Source of the DNA: Chlorobiota bacterium
GTDB lineage: Bacteria > Bacteroidota > Ignavibacteria > OLB7
Assembly (NCBI GenBank): GCA_016788565.1
Contig: JAEUSP010000097.1
Span: 6,262 to 70,261, forward strand
Direction of reading: 5' to 3'
DNA length: 64,000 nucleotides
The translations under genes were made by a program, and so were the position numbers. Shown in pieces: positions 17,713 to 26,006 of the stretch; the first letter of the stretch is position 1; every line of letters starts with the position of its first letter. Below the pieces are notes generated by a model that did no database searches, was not told the origin of the DNA, and saw only the letters and a list, made by a program, of their open reading frames with translations.

Positions 17713-18684
17713 TCAATTCCTTTCCCCCATCCCCCCGCTCCAACTAATCATCACCCCATTGCCGGTTGGCACGATCATCCAGGATGATGTTCCAGAGCTG
17801 ATGCCATCCCCCAGATGCACAACGCCGTAGCCGCAGGCCGTCCCGATTGCGGCCCCCAAGAACGTGTCGCTAAGCCAGTGGCGGTCGCTGTAGATGCGGC
17901 TGGCGGCGGTCAGCGTGGCAAGTGAGTAGAGGGCGACGGTGGCTGCCGGGTGGTCAAGTTCCGCAGCAAGCGTTGCGCTGATGGAGAACGCAACCGTGGA
18001 ATGCCCCGAAGGGAGCGAGAAATACTCATCCTTCCCGGAAGGTCCATCGAACACATATTGCCCTTCGTTCAGAAATGGGCGGTGGCGGCCAATCAGCATT
18101 TTTGCCGCTGTTGTGATTGCCCCAGCATACAGCATTGCCTGGAACACATGCCGCCCGGCACGCCGCACGCTGGATTCATCAAAAATCAATCCGGTGCTGT
18201 ACAGCCCCAACGAGACTGCTAATCCCGGAATCAGCGTGCCGTAGTAATTCCCGATTTCGCTCAGCCGCTCGCCATCCGTCCCCTTCCACTTGCTGAATGC
18301 CGTGCGGGTGTCGTCATCGGCGGGCATCAACAGAGCGGTTCCGGCAACCACTCCTCCGGCAATCCCCCATTGGGTTGCTCCAAAGCGGAATGGCGCGGAA
18401 AAAATATCTATCCCTTCGGTGAACACCGCCTTCGTGTCGCTCCAGAGCGTGTCGAGCGGTTGGGGTGAGTCGGGCGGGGTGATGCTGGCAGAAGAGCTAT
18501 CGCCATGAGCGAACGTTCCCTGTTTGGCGGATGCCGCCGCTTGGCCTTGCACCGCTGCCGAGCAGGGGAGGGGCAGCAGCAGAAAGAGCATCCACCACCA
18601 CTGTTGGAAACGCCGATGCTGGGATGAAATCTGCCGTGAGCAATTATGGTTTTCGGCGTGGAGTTGCGCGCTTGTTTGTCCCAT
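17713..18684 (-). CDS. PAP2-family phosphatase (membrane)
   Basis: Motifs KMLIGRHRP ... PSGHS ... SRIYSDRHWLSDT are the PAP2 acid phosphatase signature. The start is uncertain: Met codons at 18741, 18684 and 18591. The longest start would overlap the upstream gene by 98 nt. Confidence 0.8.
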   Translation of the reverse strand: MGQTSAQLHAENHNCSRQISSQHRRFQQWWWMLFLLLPLPCSAAVQGQAAASAKQGTFAHGDSSSASITPPDSPQPLDTLWSDTKAVFTEGIDIFSAPFRFGATQWGIAGGVVAGTALLMPADDDTRTAFSKWKGTDGERLSEIGNYYGTLIPGLAVSLGLYSTGLIFDESSVRRAGRHVFQAMLYAGAITTAAKMLIGRHRPFLNEGQYVFDGPSGKDEYFSLPSGHSTVAFSISATLAAELDHPAATVALYSLATLTAASRIYSDRHWLSDTFLGAAIGTACGYGVVHLGDGISSGTSSWMIVPTGNGVMISWSGGMGERN

Positions 18685-19228
18685 TGGTTGTTTCGTTGCC
18701 TGGGCGGTGTTGCCAGCAATAGTCGCTCCCTTCTTCAGCATTGCGCGAACATTGCTTTCTGCTTTTGGTCAGCCCTTTGCAGCGGTGTGCGGTTGGTTGC
18801 TGGTCAGTTTTTGGGGATGCAGTTGGTGAGTGATGGGGTGCTGGCAAGGAGTCCGTTGTGGCATTACCAGCACTCGGTATGCTGCTTGGTGTTGGCTGTG
18901 ATGTCGGCTGCGATGTTGGCCGATTGCTGGGGAGTTCTGCGAGGTTCACTTTGGCAATAAATCCAAAACCGGACTCGCGCTGAAACCGCCCGAACTTCCC
19001 AATTTTTTCAACCACAATCACCCTCTCCCCAGCTTGGATATCGCCAATAATGCCAGCCGTGTAGCTGGCACTATCGTAAATGGGAGTGTGGTCGTACCGC
19101 ACCAGCATGGTGTCGAGTATCAATCGGGGCGGTCCCCCTTTTTTTTTCGCTGGCGCAGTTTGGCCGCAAAGCACTCCGGAACCAACGAACAGCAACATCA
19201 TCAGGCGAAGGCAGCGGAACGTATTCAT
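18644..19228 (-). CDS. Secreted SH3b-like protein with a P/T/S-rich linker and a C-terminal C-x9-C-x10-C-x2-H knuckle plus basic tail
   Basis: Signal peptide MNTFRCLRLMMLLFVGSGVLCGQ, an SH3-like segment (GIIGDIQAGERVIVVEKIGKFGRF), and the C-terminus RCKGLTKSRKQCSRNAEEGSDYCWQHR. Confidence 0.55.
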   Translation of the reverse strand: MNTFRCLRLMMLLFVGSGVLCGQTAPAKKKGGPPRLILDTMLVRYDHTPIYDSASYTAGIIGDIQAGERVIVVEKIGKFGRFQRESGFGFIAKVNLAELPSNRPTSQPTSQPTPSSIPSAGNATTDSLPAPHHSPTASPKTDQQPTAHRCKGLTKSRKQCSRNAEEGSDYCWQHRPGNETTNGTNKRATPRRKP

Positions 19229-19255
19229 GGGATGCTGAAGGAGGAAAAGCAGAGA

Positions 19256-20362
19256 TTAGGAATCTTTTGGGCTATCGAATTGTGGCGTTGGAGTTGGGTT
19301 GGATGTTGTCCCATCGCCCACCGCACCGCTGCCGTTCCCTTGTTGTTGATCTAGATCAAACGGGGCAATCGGGCCGGTAAGCCGTGAGGGATCGTGGGTA
19401 ACGGGGGAGTGCTGGGCGGCCTCCTTTGGATGAGTTAGCGAGAAGATCACCGAAGCGATCAGTATCGCCGCCACAATCCCCAGCGACACCATGATATCAA
19501 CATGGAAATCGAAGAAGGTGAGCAGCATCTTCACCCCGATGAAGCAGAGCACAACCGCCAAGCCATACTTCAGGTAGTGGAACTTATCAATCACATTCGC
19601 CAGCAAGAAATAGAGCGAACGAAGGCCAAGAATGGCGAAGATGTTGGAGGTATAGACGATGAACGGGTCGCGGGTAATCGCAAAAATTGCTGGGATGGAA
19701 TCCAGCGCGAACACAAGGTCCGTGCTTTCAATCAGCACCAGCACAACCATCATGGGTGTCAGAACCCAGACACCGTTGTCCTTCACCAGAAACTTGTCTT
19801 CGTGGTACCGGTTCGAGACTGGAACCCACCGTTTCAGGAGCTTAATCAGCGGGTTGGCCTCAATCTCAATGTTCGATTCCTTCTCAACCCCCATCCTGAT
19901 GCCGGTGTACACAAGGAACGCGCCAAAGATATAAATCGCCCACTCGAACTGCTCCAGAATAAACGCCCCTAAACCGATCAGGATAGCGCGCATGATTAAC
20001 GCGCCGATAATTCCCCAAAACAGGATGCGATGTTGATACTTTGCCGGAACATTGAAATAGCTGAAAATCAGAACGAAGACGAACAGGTTATCAACCGAAA
20101 GGGATTTCTCAATCAGATAGCCGGTCAGAAATTCTGTTGCTGGGTGCGCCCCAAATTCATACCAGATGAACCCATTAAACAGCAGCGACAACGTGACCCA
20201 AATCACGCTCCAGATGGCCGCTTCCTTTGGTTTTACTTCGTGAGCATCGCGGTGGAAGACCCCTAAGTCAAGAATCAGCAACGCCAACACCAGGGCGTTG
20301 AAACCCACCCACCACCAAATACCTAATCCAAGCGGCACAGGCACCTCCAGGTGGTTTTGCAC
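19256..20362 (-). CDS. TerC-family integral membrane protein
   Basis: LTGYLIEKSLSVDNLFVFVLIFSYF and a second SxDxxF/A motif (ESTDLVFALDSIPAIFAIT) are typical TerC repeats. GTG start. Confidence 0.9.
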   Translation of the reverse strand: MQNHLEVPVPLGLGIWWWVGFNALVLALLILDLGVFHRDAHEVKPKEAAIWSVIWVTLSLLFNGFIWYEFGAHPATEFLTGYLIEKSLSVDNLFVFVLIFSYFNVPAKYQHRILFWGIIGALIMRAILIGLGAFILEQFEWAIYIFGAFLVYTGIRMGVEKESNIEIEANPLIKLLKRWVPVSNRYHEDKFLVKDNGVWVLTPMMVVLVLIESTDLVFALDSIPAIFAITRDPFIVYTSNIFAILGLRSLYFLLANVIDKFHYLKYGLAVVLCFIGVKMLLTFFDFHVDIMVSLGIVAAILIASVIFSLTHPKEAAQHSPVTHDPSRLTGPIAPFDLDQQQGNGSGAVGDGTTSNPTPTPQFDSPKDS

Positions 20363-20591
20363 GGATATTTCATGGCTGCGGCCATACTACGTTCGGTTGA
20401 AAAATGAAGTCGTGAAGGAAGTATCGAATGACGGTCTTGGCTACGGTCTTGGCTGCCGTGGAAACAGCCGCCCACGCACGTTGCAGCGCGCAAGCAAACC
20501 GGACAACAACGGGTGGAGGGCTTACCCAATTGATGCCTGCCTGTGTAGTTGATGCACAAGGCAGCCATAGAATAACAAGAAGCAACAACAT

Positions 20592-20610
20592 GGGCAACGC
20601 CAAGTTGCCC
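20592..20610 (-). terminator. Possible weak terminator hairpin downstream of hemE
   Basis: GGGCAAC-GCCAA-GTTGCCC, 77 nt after the hemE stop. On the minus strand it is followed by ATGTTGTTGCTTCTTGTTATT. Confidence 0.35.
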
Positions 20611-20686
20611 AAGATTTGCTTTCTGGAAGAAAAAATTCATTGATGTCGTGGAGGGGGAATGGGGGTGATTCCCAGCCTGCGTCCGG

Positions 20687-21727
20687 CTAAATCGCTGTTT
20701 CCTTCACGGTTTGGATGAAGGCTTGCGCATTCTCCACGGGGGTGTTCGGCAATATGCCGTGGCCAAGATTGGCAACATACCCACGCCCGCTTGGCACTTT
20801 TGCCAACATCTGCTGCGTCCGGCGGCGGATCTGTTCGGGGGGGGTCAGCAGCACCGTGGGGTCCAAATTCCCTTGCAGCGGGAACGTGTCGGGAAGCTCC
20901 TGCGCCGCACGGCGCAAGTCGGTTTGCCAGTCAATCCCAAACCCGCTTGCCCCCGATTCGGCAAAGCCGTCGTAGCTGCGGACACCTTTCGGGAAGTAGA
21001 GAATCGGGACATCGGGAACCGCACGCCGCACCCCATCCAACACCGCCGAAGCATGGGCCAGCCCAAACGCACGGTACTCCTCTTCCGGCAACACTCCCGC
21101 CCACGTGTCGAACAACTGAAGCATGTTGGCACCGGCGCGGGTTTGCTCCACCAAGTAGTCAATCAATTCGGCAGCCAATTTTTCCAGCAGCCGGTGCGCA
21201 GCCGCCGGTTGAGCAAACAGAAACGCCTTGAAGGTATCGAAGTTCTTGCTCCCTTGCCCTTCAATCATGTAGGCCGCAAGGGTTAGCGGCGCGCCGGCAA
21301 ACCCAATCACCGGAACCCGGCCATCCAGCCTGCGCTTGGTTTCGGCAATGGCATCGAACACAAACCGCAGCCTATCGGTGATGCCGCTGGCCAACTGGTC
21401 AACGTCCCATTCGGCCCGCAACGGGTTGGGGAAGCGTGGTCCCCCTTTCCCTTCCTCCACAATCAACTCCATCCCCATCGCCTCCGGTATCACCAAGATG
21501 TCGCTGAAGATGATGGCCGCATCAACCCCCACCAAATCAACCGGCTGAACGGTGACTTCGGCGGCAAGGTCCGGCGTTTTGCACAGCCCCAAAAAATCTG
21601 TGGTGGCGCGGATTGCACGGTATTCCGGCAGGTAACGCCCCGCTTGGCGCATCATCCAAACCGGACGGCGTTCCACCGGTTCGCCACGCAAGGAACGGAG
21701 CAGGAGTGAGTTCTGTTGGTCGTTCAT
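20687..21727 (-). CDS. hemE: Uroporphyrinogen decarboxylase
   Basis: 346 aa. RPVWMMRQAGRYLPEYR near the N-terminus is the HemE signature. Confidence 0.95.
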   Translation of the reverse strand: MNDQQNSLLLRSLRGEPVERRPVWMMRQAGRYLPEYRAIRATTDFLGLCKTPDLAAEVTVQPVDLVGVDAAIIFSDILVIPEAMGMELIVEEGKGGPRFPNPLRAEWDVDQLASGITDRLRFVFDAIAETKRRLDGRVPVIGFAGAPLTLAAYMIEGQGSKNFDTFKAFLFAQPAAAHRLLEKLAAELIDYLVEQTRAGANMLQLFDTWAGVLPEEEYRAFGLAHASAVLDGVRRAVPDVPILYFPKGVRSYDGFAESGASGFGIDWQTDLRRAAQELPDTFPLQGNLDPTVLLTPPEQIRRRTQQMLAKVPSGRGYVANLGHGILPNTPVENAQAFIQTVKETAI

Positions 21728-22488
21728 TATTGTTGAAGTGCTTCAAGAATAGCATCGGCAAGCAGCAAGGTGCTTGGTTGGGACGGGACGATTACCTCCG
21801 TAATCCCACGCTCCCACAACGCCTGGGCCGTGGTTCCCCCAACGGCGGCGAAGATAGCTCCCGGCGGCAGCTTGGGTTGAAGCGAAATGAAATTGGCCAC
21901 TGCCGAAGGGGAGAAGAAGGTGATGCAGAGCGGAGGTGGGGCTGCCGTCAGTGCGTCGTGAAGCTGCTGGGCTGCGTTTGCCGGAAGCTGAGGTTGGTAC
22001 AGCGGAAGCTCATGCACCCTTGCGCCGGCGTTGCGCAACCCCGCCACAAGCTCATCGCGCCGCTGCGTGCTGCATGGATAGAGGATGGTGGTGGGGAGTG
22101 GAGCAAGGCTGTGTGGAAGTTGGCGCAGCAGTTCCGCCGCGCTGTTGGCAACGGCGGCAATCTGACAGTTGGGATTGTGTTGGCGCAGAAGTTTGGCACT
22201 GTTGTCGCCAACAACCAGATAGCAGAGTTGGTCGGCCTCCACCGGAATATCTGGCAACAGCCGCAGCCACTGATTGGTTGCGGTGATGCTGGTGAGGAGG
22301 ATTGCCGAACGTACTTCCGCAGCTTCTTCCGCAACGTCAGCAATCCAGCGTTGCAGCGTGGAGCGGTTTGGCGGAATCGGCAGAATCTCAATCATCGGGG
22401 CCGCCAACACTTGGAATCCCCGCTGCCGGAAAAACTCCCCAGCCCGCTGATTTTCTTGCCAGGTGCGTGTGAGTAGAATCGTGGGCAT
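21727..22488 (-). CDS. hemD: Uroporphyrinogen-III synthase
   Basis: 253 aa. It begins TILLTR, has FFSPSAVANF in the second half, and its stop overlaps the hemE start by 1 nt (TAATG). Confidence 0.8.
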   Translation of the reverse strand: MPTILLTRTWQENQRAGEFFRQRGFQVLAAPMIEILPIPPNRSTLQRWIADVAEEAAEVRSAILLTSITATNQWLRLLPDIPVEADQLCYLVVGDNSAKLLRQHNPNCQIAAVANSAAELLRQLPHSLAPLPTTILYPCSTQRRDELVAGLRNAGARVHELPLYQPQLPANAAQQLHDALTAAPPPLCITFFSPSAVANFISLQPKLPPGAIFAAVGGTTAQALWERGITEVIVPSQPSTLLLADAILEALQQ

Positions 22489-22533
22489 ACTCTGTGTGCG
22501 GAGTGGCGCGTAAAAAAAGCCTGCCGTCTCCGG

Positions 22534-24582
22534 CTATTTCTTTGCCACCAACCGTGCTTCCCCAACGCGCAGCCCATCCTCCGTTTTGAATTTCCACTCC
22601 AATCGGTCGTACAGTGCCAGCGCGTTTTTCAGCGGGTCTAACCGTTCGGTGATCTCTTCCGGGGCGTAGCGGTCGGTTCGCAGAAGGTGGCCACGCAAGT
22701 AGGCTGCGGAGTTCACCGCAAACGAATCTACCTTGATGCTTCCAACAATGTACTCACCCTGCCCCGCAACGCTGGACCACGTCCGGGAGAACACCGGGGC
22801 GGCCCGCTGCAGCAGGTCGGGAGTGGTGGCAATCAGCAGGATACGGTTATCAATCACCGCAAAGCTCGGTTGGAATTTCCGGGCCTGCAGAAGGCTGTCG
22901 TTGGTTGTAGTGTCGCGGGCAAGGAACAGTCGGTTCTTCCCATCGGCCAGTGGCTCCTTGCTGTATGCCAGCGAGGTAATCCGGCTGAAGAAAATGCCAA
23001 GCGTGGAATCGAATTTGGCCGGAGCTTTCTGCAATGGAACGGCAATCAGGGTGTTGAACCCGGTGTTGGAGTAGGCGTATTGCTCACGCAAATAATCCAA
23101 CCCGAAATATCCCACCGTTGCTGTCCCACTCAGAAATGGGACAATCTGTTTGCCAACATTGATTTTACTCAGCCGTGCCAACGAGTCAAGCGGGTTCTTC
23201 CCAACCGAGCGGACGTTCACCAGATACTTCCAGAGGTTGTCGCTGGTTTGGCCGCTGGCAAGTGAGCTTGCAATCATCCCGGGGACTTGCCCCATTGCGG
23301 CAAGCGTCCCCGATTCGGTGGGGGCTTCGTTCACCGGCTTGCCAAGCGCGCGCGCAACGATTGCAAGCCGGCGTGCCGTTTGGCGGTCGCTGCCAATCAT
23401 ATCGAAGTAACGGGTGGGATTGAACCAAGCAAACATCACACCCCGTTCCTCCGTTTGCTCCATGGCAAGGTAGTGCTGGTTGAACAGGGGATCGTTGCCT
23501 AACGAGGCGGTGCGGTCGGTGCCGTAGGTGCGTAATGCTTGCGAAATCAAGGCTGAGTCGGTGGCCACAACAAAGTATCCTTCCGGCGTGGCGTAGGCCA
23601 GCGACTTCCCGGTTTTCCGGTTCATCACCGAGCTGACCGTCACCCCGCCAACGTCCCAACGTTTCACCCCAAAATCGCTGCCAAGTGCCTCAAAAATCTT
23701 CATCATCGTTTCGGCCACCGTGACGTTTTTGTCCTTGAAGGCTGCGATTAAGTAATCATCGCCGTAGCGGCCAAGCAGAAGGTTGTCGCGGAACATCACT
23801 TCTGGCGAAAAATACTTCCCTATGAACCCCATCTGGTCGGTAAGCCGGTTGCGGAGCGCGGAAATGGTTCGTAGAATCGGCAATGCCCAAACATCGCCGG
23901 GGACGGGGGAGCCATCCAGCGTCTGTACAAACTTGGAGTCGCCGAATTGTTCAATCATGTCGTCGGCGTTCGGAAAGGCAACAAAGTAATCGGGATTGCG
24001 GGGGAAGAAGCAGGTGATTTCGGAGGATTTGTTCCGCGAGTAGTCGGCGGCGTTGCGGCTGCGTTCGGCGAAGTTAGCCACCAAGTCGGCATCCGCCACC
24101 GAGAGAAGCAGGCTGGTCATCCGGTAGCTGCCCAATGGAGTGTGGGCGGCGGGGTCGGCATTCAACGCCTTGTAGAGTGAGTCAAGCCATGCCTTCGATT
24201 TGGGGATTCCAAGTTTGGAGGCTGTGGCGATTGCTACCTCGAACTGATCGGGGGTTAGGCTTGCCTGATTGCGGCGAAGAATCGCCAACACACCTTCTTT
24301 ATCGGGAAGCTCACGCAGCTTGTACAACGCCACCTCACGCACTGCCTCCGACTCGCCCGGGGCAATCAGGTCGCTTAAAGTTTTCAGTTTTCGGGGATCG
24401 TTCAGCGTGGCGTACTCGCCGCCGGCGCGTGCGCGAGCGGCGGCTTCAAACCGCGCCATCCAGCTTGGTGATTCTACCGTTGGGCTGATGTCATCGGGGT
24501 CAAGATCAATCACGACATACAGGGCCAGCAGCGAGGCACTGCCAAGCAGCACACCAAAGAAGATCAGAAGAAAGCGACGCAT
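22534..24582 (-). CDS. Large N-terminally membrane-anchored protein of unknown function (possibly DUF3352-like)
   Basis: 682 aa with a single N-terminal TM segment (MRRFLLIFFGVLLGSASLLALYVVI). The coding composition is clean, but I recognised no catalytic motif. Confidence 0.6.
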   Translation of the reverse strand: MRRFLLIFFGVLLGSASLLALYVVIDLDPDDISPTVESPSWMARFEAAARARAGGEYATLNDPRKLKTLSDLIAPGESEAVREVALYKLRELPDKEGVLAILRRNQASLTPDQFEVAIATASKLGIPKSKAWLDSLYKALNADPAAHTPLGSYRMTSLLLSVADADLVANFAERSRNAADYSRNKSSEITCFFPRNPDYFVAFPNADDMIEQFGDSKFVQTLDGSPVPGDVWALPILRTISALRNRLTDQMGFIGKYFSPEVMFRDNLLLGRYGDDYLIAAFKDKNVTVAETMMKIFEALGSDFGVKRWDVGGVTVSSVMNRKTGKSLAYATPEGYFVVATDSALISQALRTYGTDRTASLGNDPLFNQHYLAMEQTEERGVMFAWFNPTRYFDMIGSDRQTARRLAIVARALGKPVNEAPTESGTLAAMGQVPGMIASSLASGQTSDNLWKYLVNVRSVGKNPLDSLARLSKINVGKQIVPFLSGTATVGYFGLDYLREQYAYSNTGFNTLIAVPLQKAPAKFDSTLGIFFSRITSLAYSKEPLADGKNRLFLARDTTTNDSLLQARKFQPSFAVIDNRILLIATTPDLLQRAAPVFSRTWSSVAGQGEYIVGSIKVDSFAVNSAAYLRGHLLRTDRYAPEEITERLDPLKNALALYDRLEWKFKTEDGLRVGEARLVAKK

Positions 24583-24750
24583 AGAGGTTGGTTCAGACGT
24601 TGTTCATGGGACCGGTTCAAAAATGGGGAAAAAGGTGGTACGGCGCACTGCCATTTCTTTGCGTTGGCAGGAAATTATTGCAACGGTTAGGCGCGCGCCA
24701 CAAATCCCATGCTGCTGGTATCGGTTGCCTCTGCTGCGCGCTCCGGTATC

Positions 24751-24866
24751 TATACTCCAAACAGAGTGGTTTGCGAAAAACTTCATCACTGTCATTCCCG
24801 CGAAAGCGGGAATCCATAGCGCACCTGGCTGAGTAGAATTTCGCAAACCAATTTGCGCCGAGTATA
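24751..24866 (+). mobile_element. MITE-like element, copy B (compact 116-bp form)
   Basis: The terminal inverted repeats are TATACTCCAAACAGAGTGGTTTGCGAAA and TTTCGCAAACCAATTTGCGCCGAGTATA. The central hairpin is TCCCGCGAAAGCGGGA. TA dinucleotides sit at both ends. Confidence 0.65.
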
Positions 24867-24925
24867 ATTCCCAGATTCATGGACAGATTGCTGTTGATGC
24901 TGTGGCATACTTGCACTCAGTGTCA

Positions 24926-25825
24926 TCAATCTTCCTCGCGCTGTTCCAGCGTTTTGGTAATCATCAGGCCATGTTTCAGTGGGCGGGTGTGTAGGGCAAA
25001 CAACGATTTTGCCTTGATGGTTAACAAACCTGATTGCAGCGGGCGTGGAGCCGCACGGTGTAATTCAGCATTGGTTACTGGAGAAATTAGCGTTGAGTCA
25101 AGTTCTAGATGCTCCGCTATGCCACGTGCAAATTCCAATCGCGACATCCGTTCTTCTCCTGCAACATTGATAATCCCACTGATATTCTTATCAATAATCT
25201 TAAATACTGCATACGCCAAGTCATCTAACAGTGTTGGGTTCCCAAATTCATCGCTGACAATGTTTACGGTTCTACCTGCGGATAATTCTTGGCGAACCCA
25301 TCGAACAAAACTCATTTTTGGACCGATAGAGTGGCCATACAGCCACATCGTCCGAACAATCGCTAATGGGACGGCACTTTGGGCGCAGATATTTTCAGCA
25401 GCTAATTTTGTTTTTCCGTAATAGTTAATGGGGTTCGGTTTGTCGGTTTCGATGTATGGGCCGGATGCTCCATCAAACACATAATCGGTTGAAATCTGGA
25501 TCACTTTGGAGTCAAATATCCGCGCAATTCGCGTCACCGTCTCGGTAAGTTGTGCGTTGCTTTGCCAGGCTTCTTCGCGGTTGGATTCGCAGCGGTCAAC
25601 GTTGGTCATTGCGGCTGCGTTGATGATAACGTTCGGCTGCCAGCCAGCCGTTGCAAGCGCTTGCCGCCATGAGGTTTTGGAGAGCGGATCAACAGGAAAA
25701 ACCCCTTCCGCAGTGAGAAGATATGAGCGGGTTATTGCTGCAAAACTCCATTCACTCTCGCGCCGTAAAACACGCAGCAGTGTTTGGCCAAGCTGCCCTT
25801 CGGCACCGGTAATTAAAACATTCAT
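24926..25825 (-). CDS. rfbD: dTDP-4-dehydrorhamnose reductase
   Basis: MNVLITGAEGQLG Rossmann start, STDYVFDG motif, ~300 aa. Confidence 0.9.
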   Translation of the reverse strand: MNVLITGAEGQLGQTLLRVLRRESEWSFAAITRSYLLTAEGVFPVDPLSKTSWRQALATAGWQPNVIINAAAMTNVDRCESNREEAWQSNAQLTETVTRIARIFDSKVIQISTDYVFDGASGPYIETDKPNPINYYGKTKLAAENICAQSAVPLAIVRTMWLYGHSIGPKMSFVRWVRQELSAGRTVNIVSDEFGNPTLLDDLAYAVFKIIDKNISGIINVAGEERMSRLEFARGIAEHLELDSTLISPVTNAELHRAAPRPLQSGLLTIKAKSLFALHTRPLKHGLMITKTLEQREED

Positions 25826-26006
25826 TGCGGCCTACAAGATGGATAGATGAGTAGGAAGGTGAGTTTTTTCTGAAAGAAATGGAGCTAATAATTTCCAAAA
25901 AAATTACTGGGCTGTACGCGAATAAAATGGAGTACAATGAACCGAAGCAGAAGGGAAGGGGAGAAGTCTCACTGTATCACCCCCCCCTCCCGGCTGCTTG
26001 ATTTCT

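Noticed and set aside
17467-17787. 106-aa ORF (…VVSCQLSVVSCQLSVVS…) and similar ORFs at 28476..28934 and 14631..14942
   Set aside because: These are translations of the 8-nt microsatellite arrays. The unit is not a multiple of three, and all frames are open simply because the repeat lacks stop codons.
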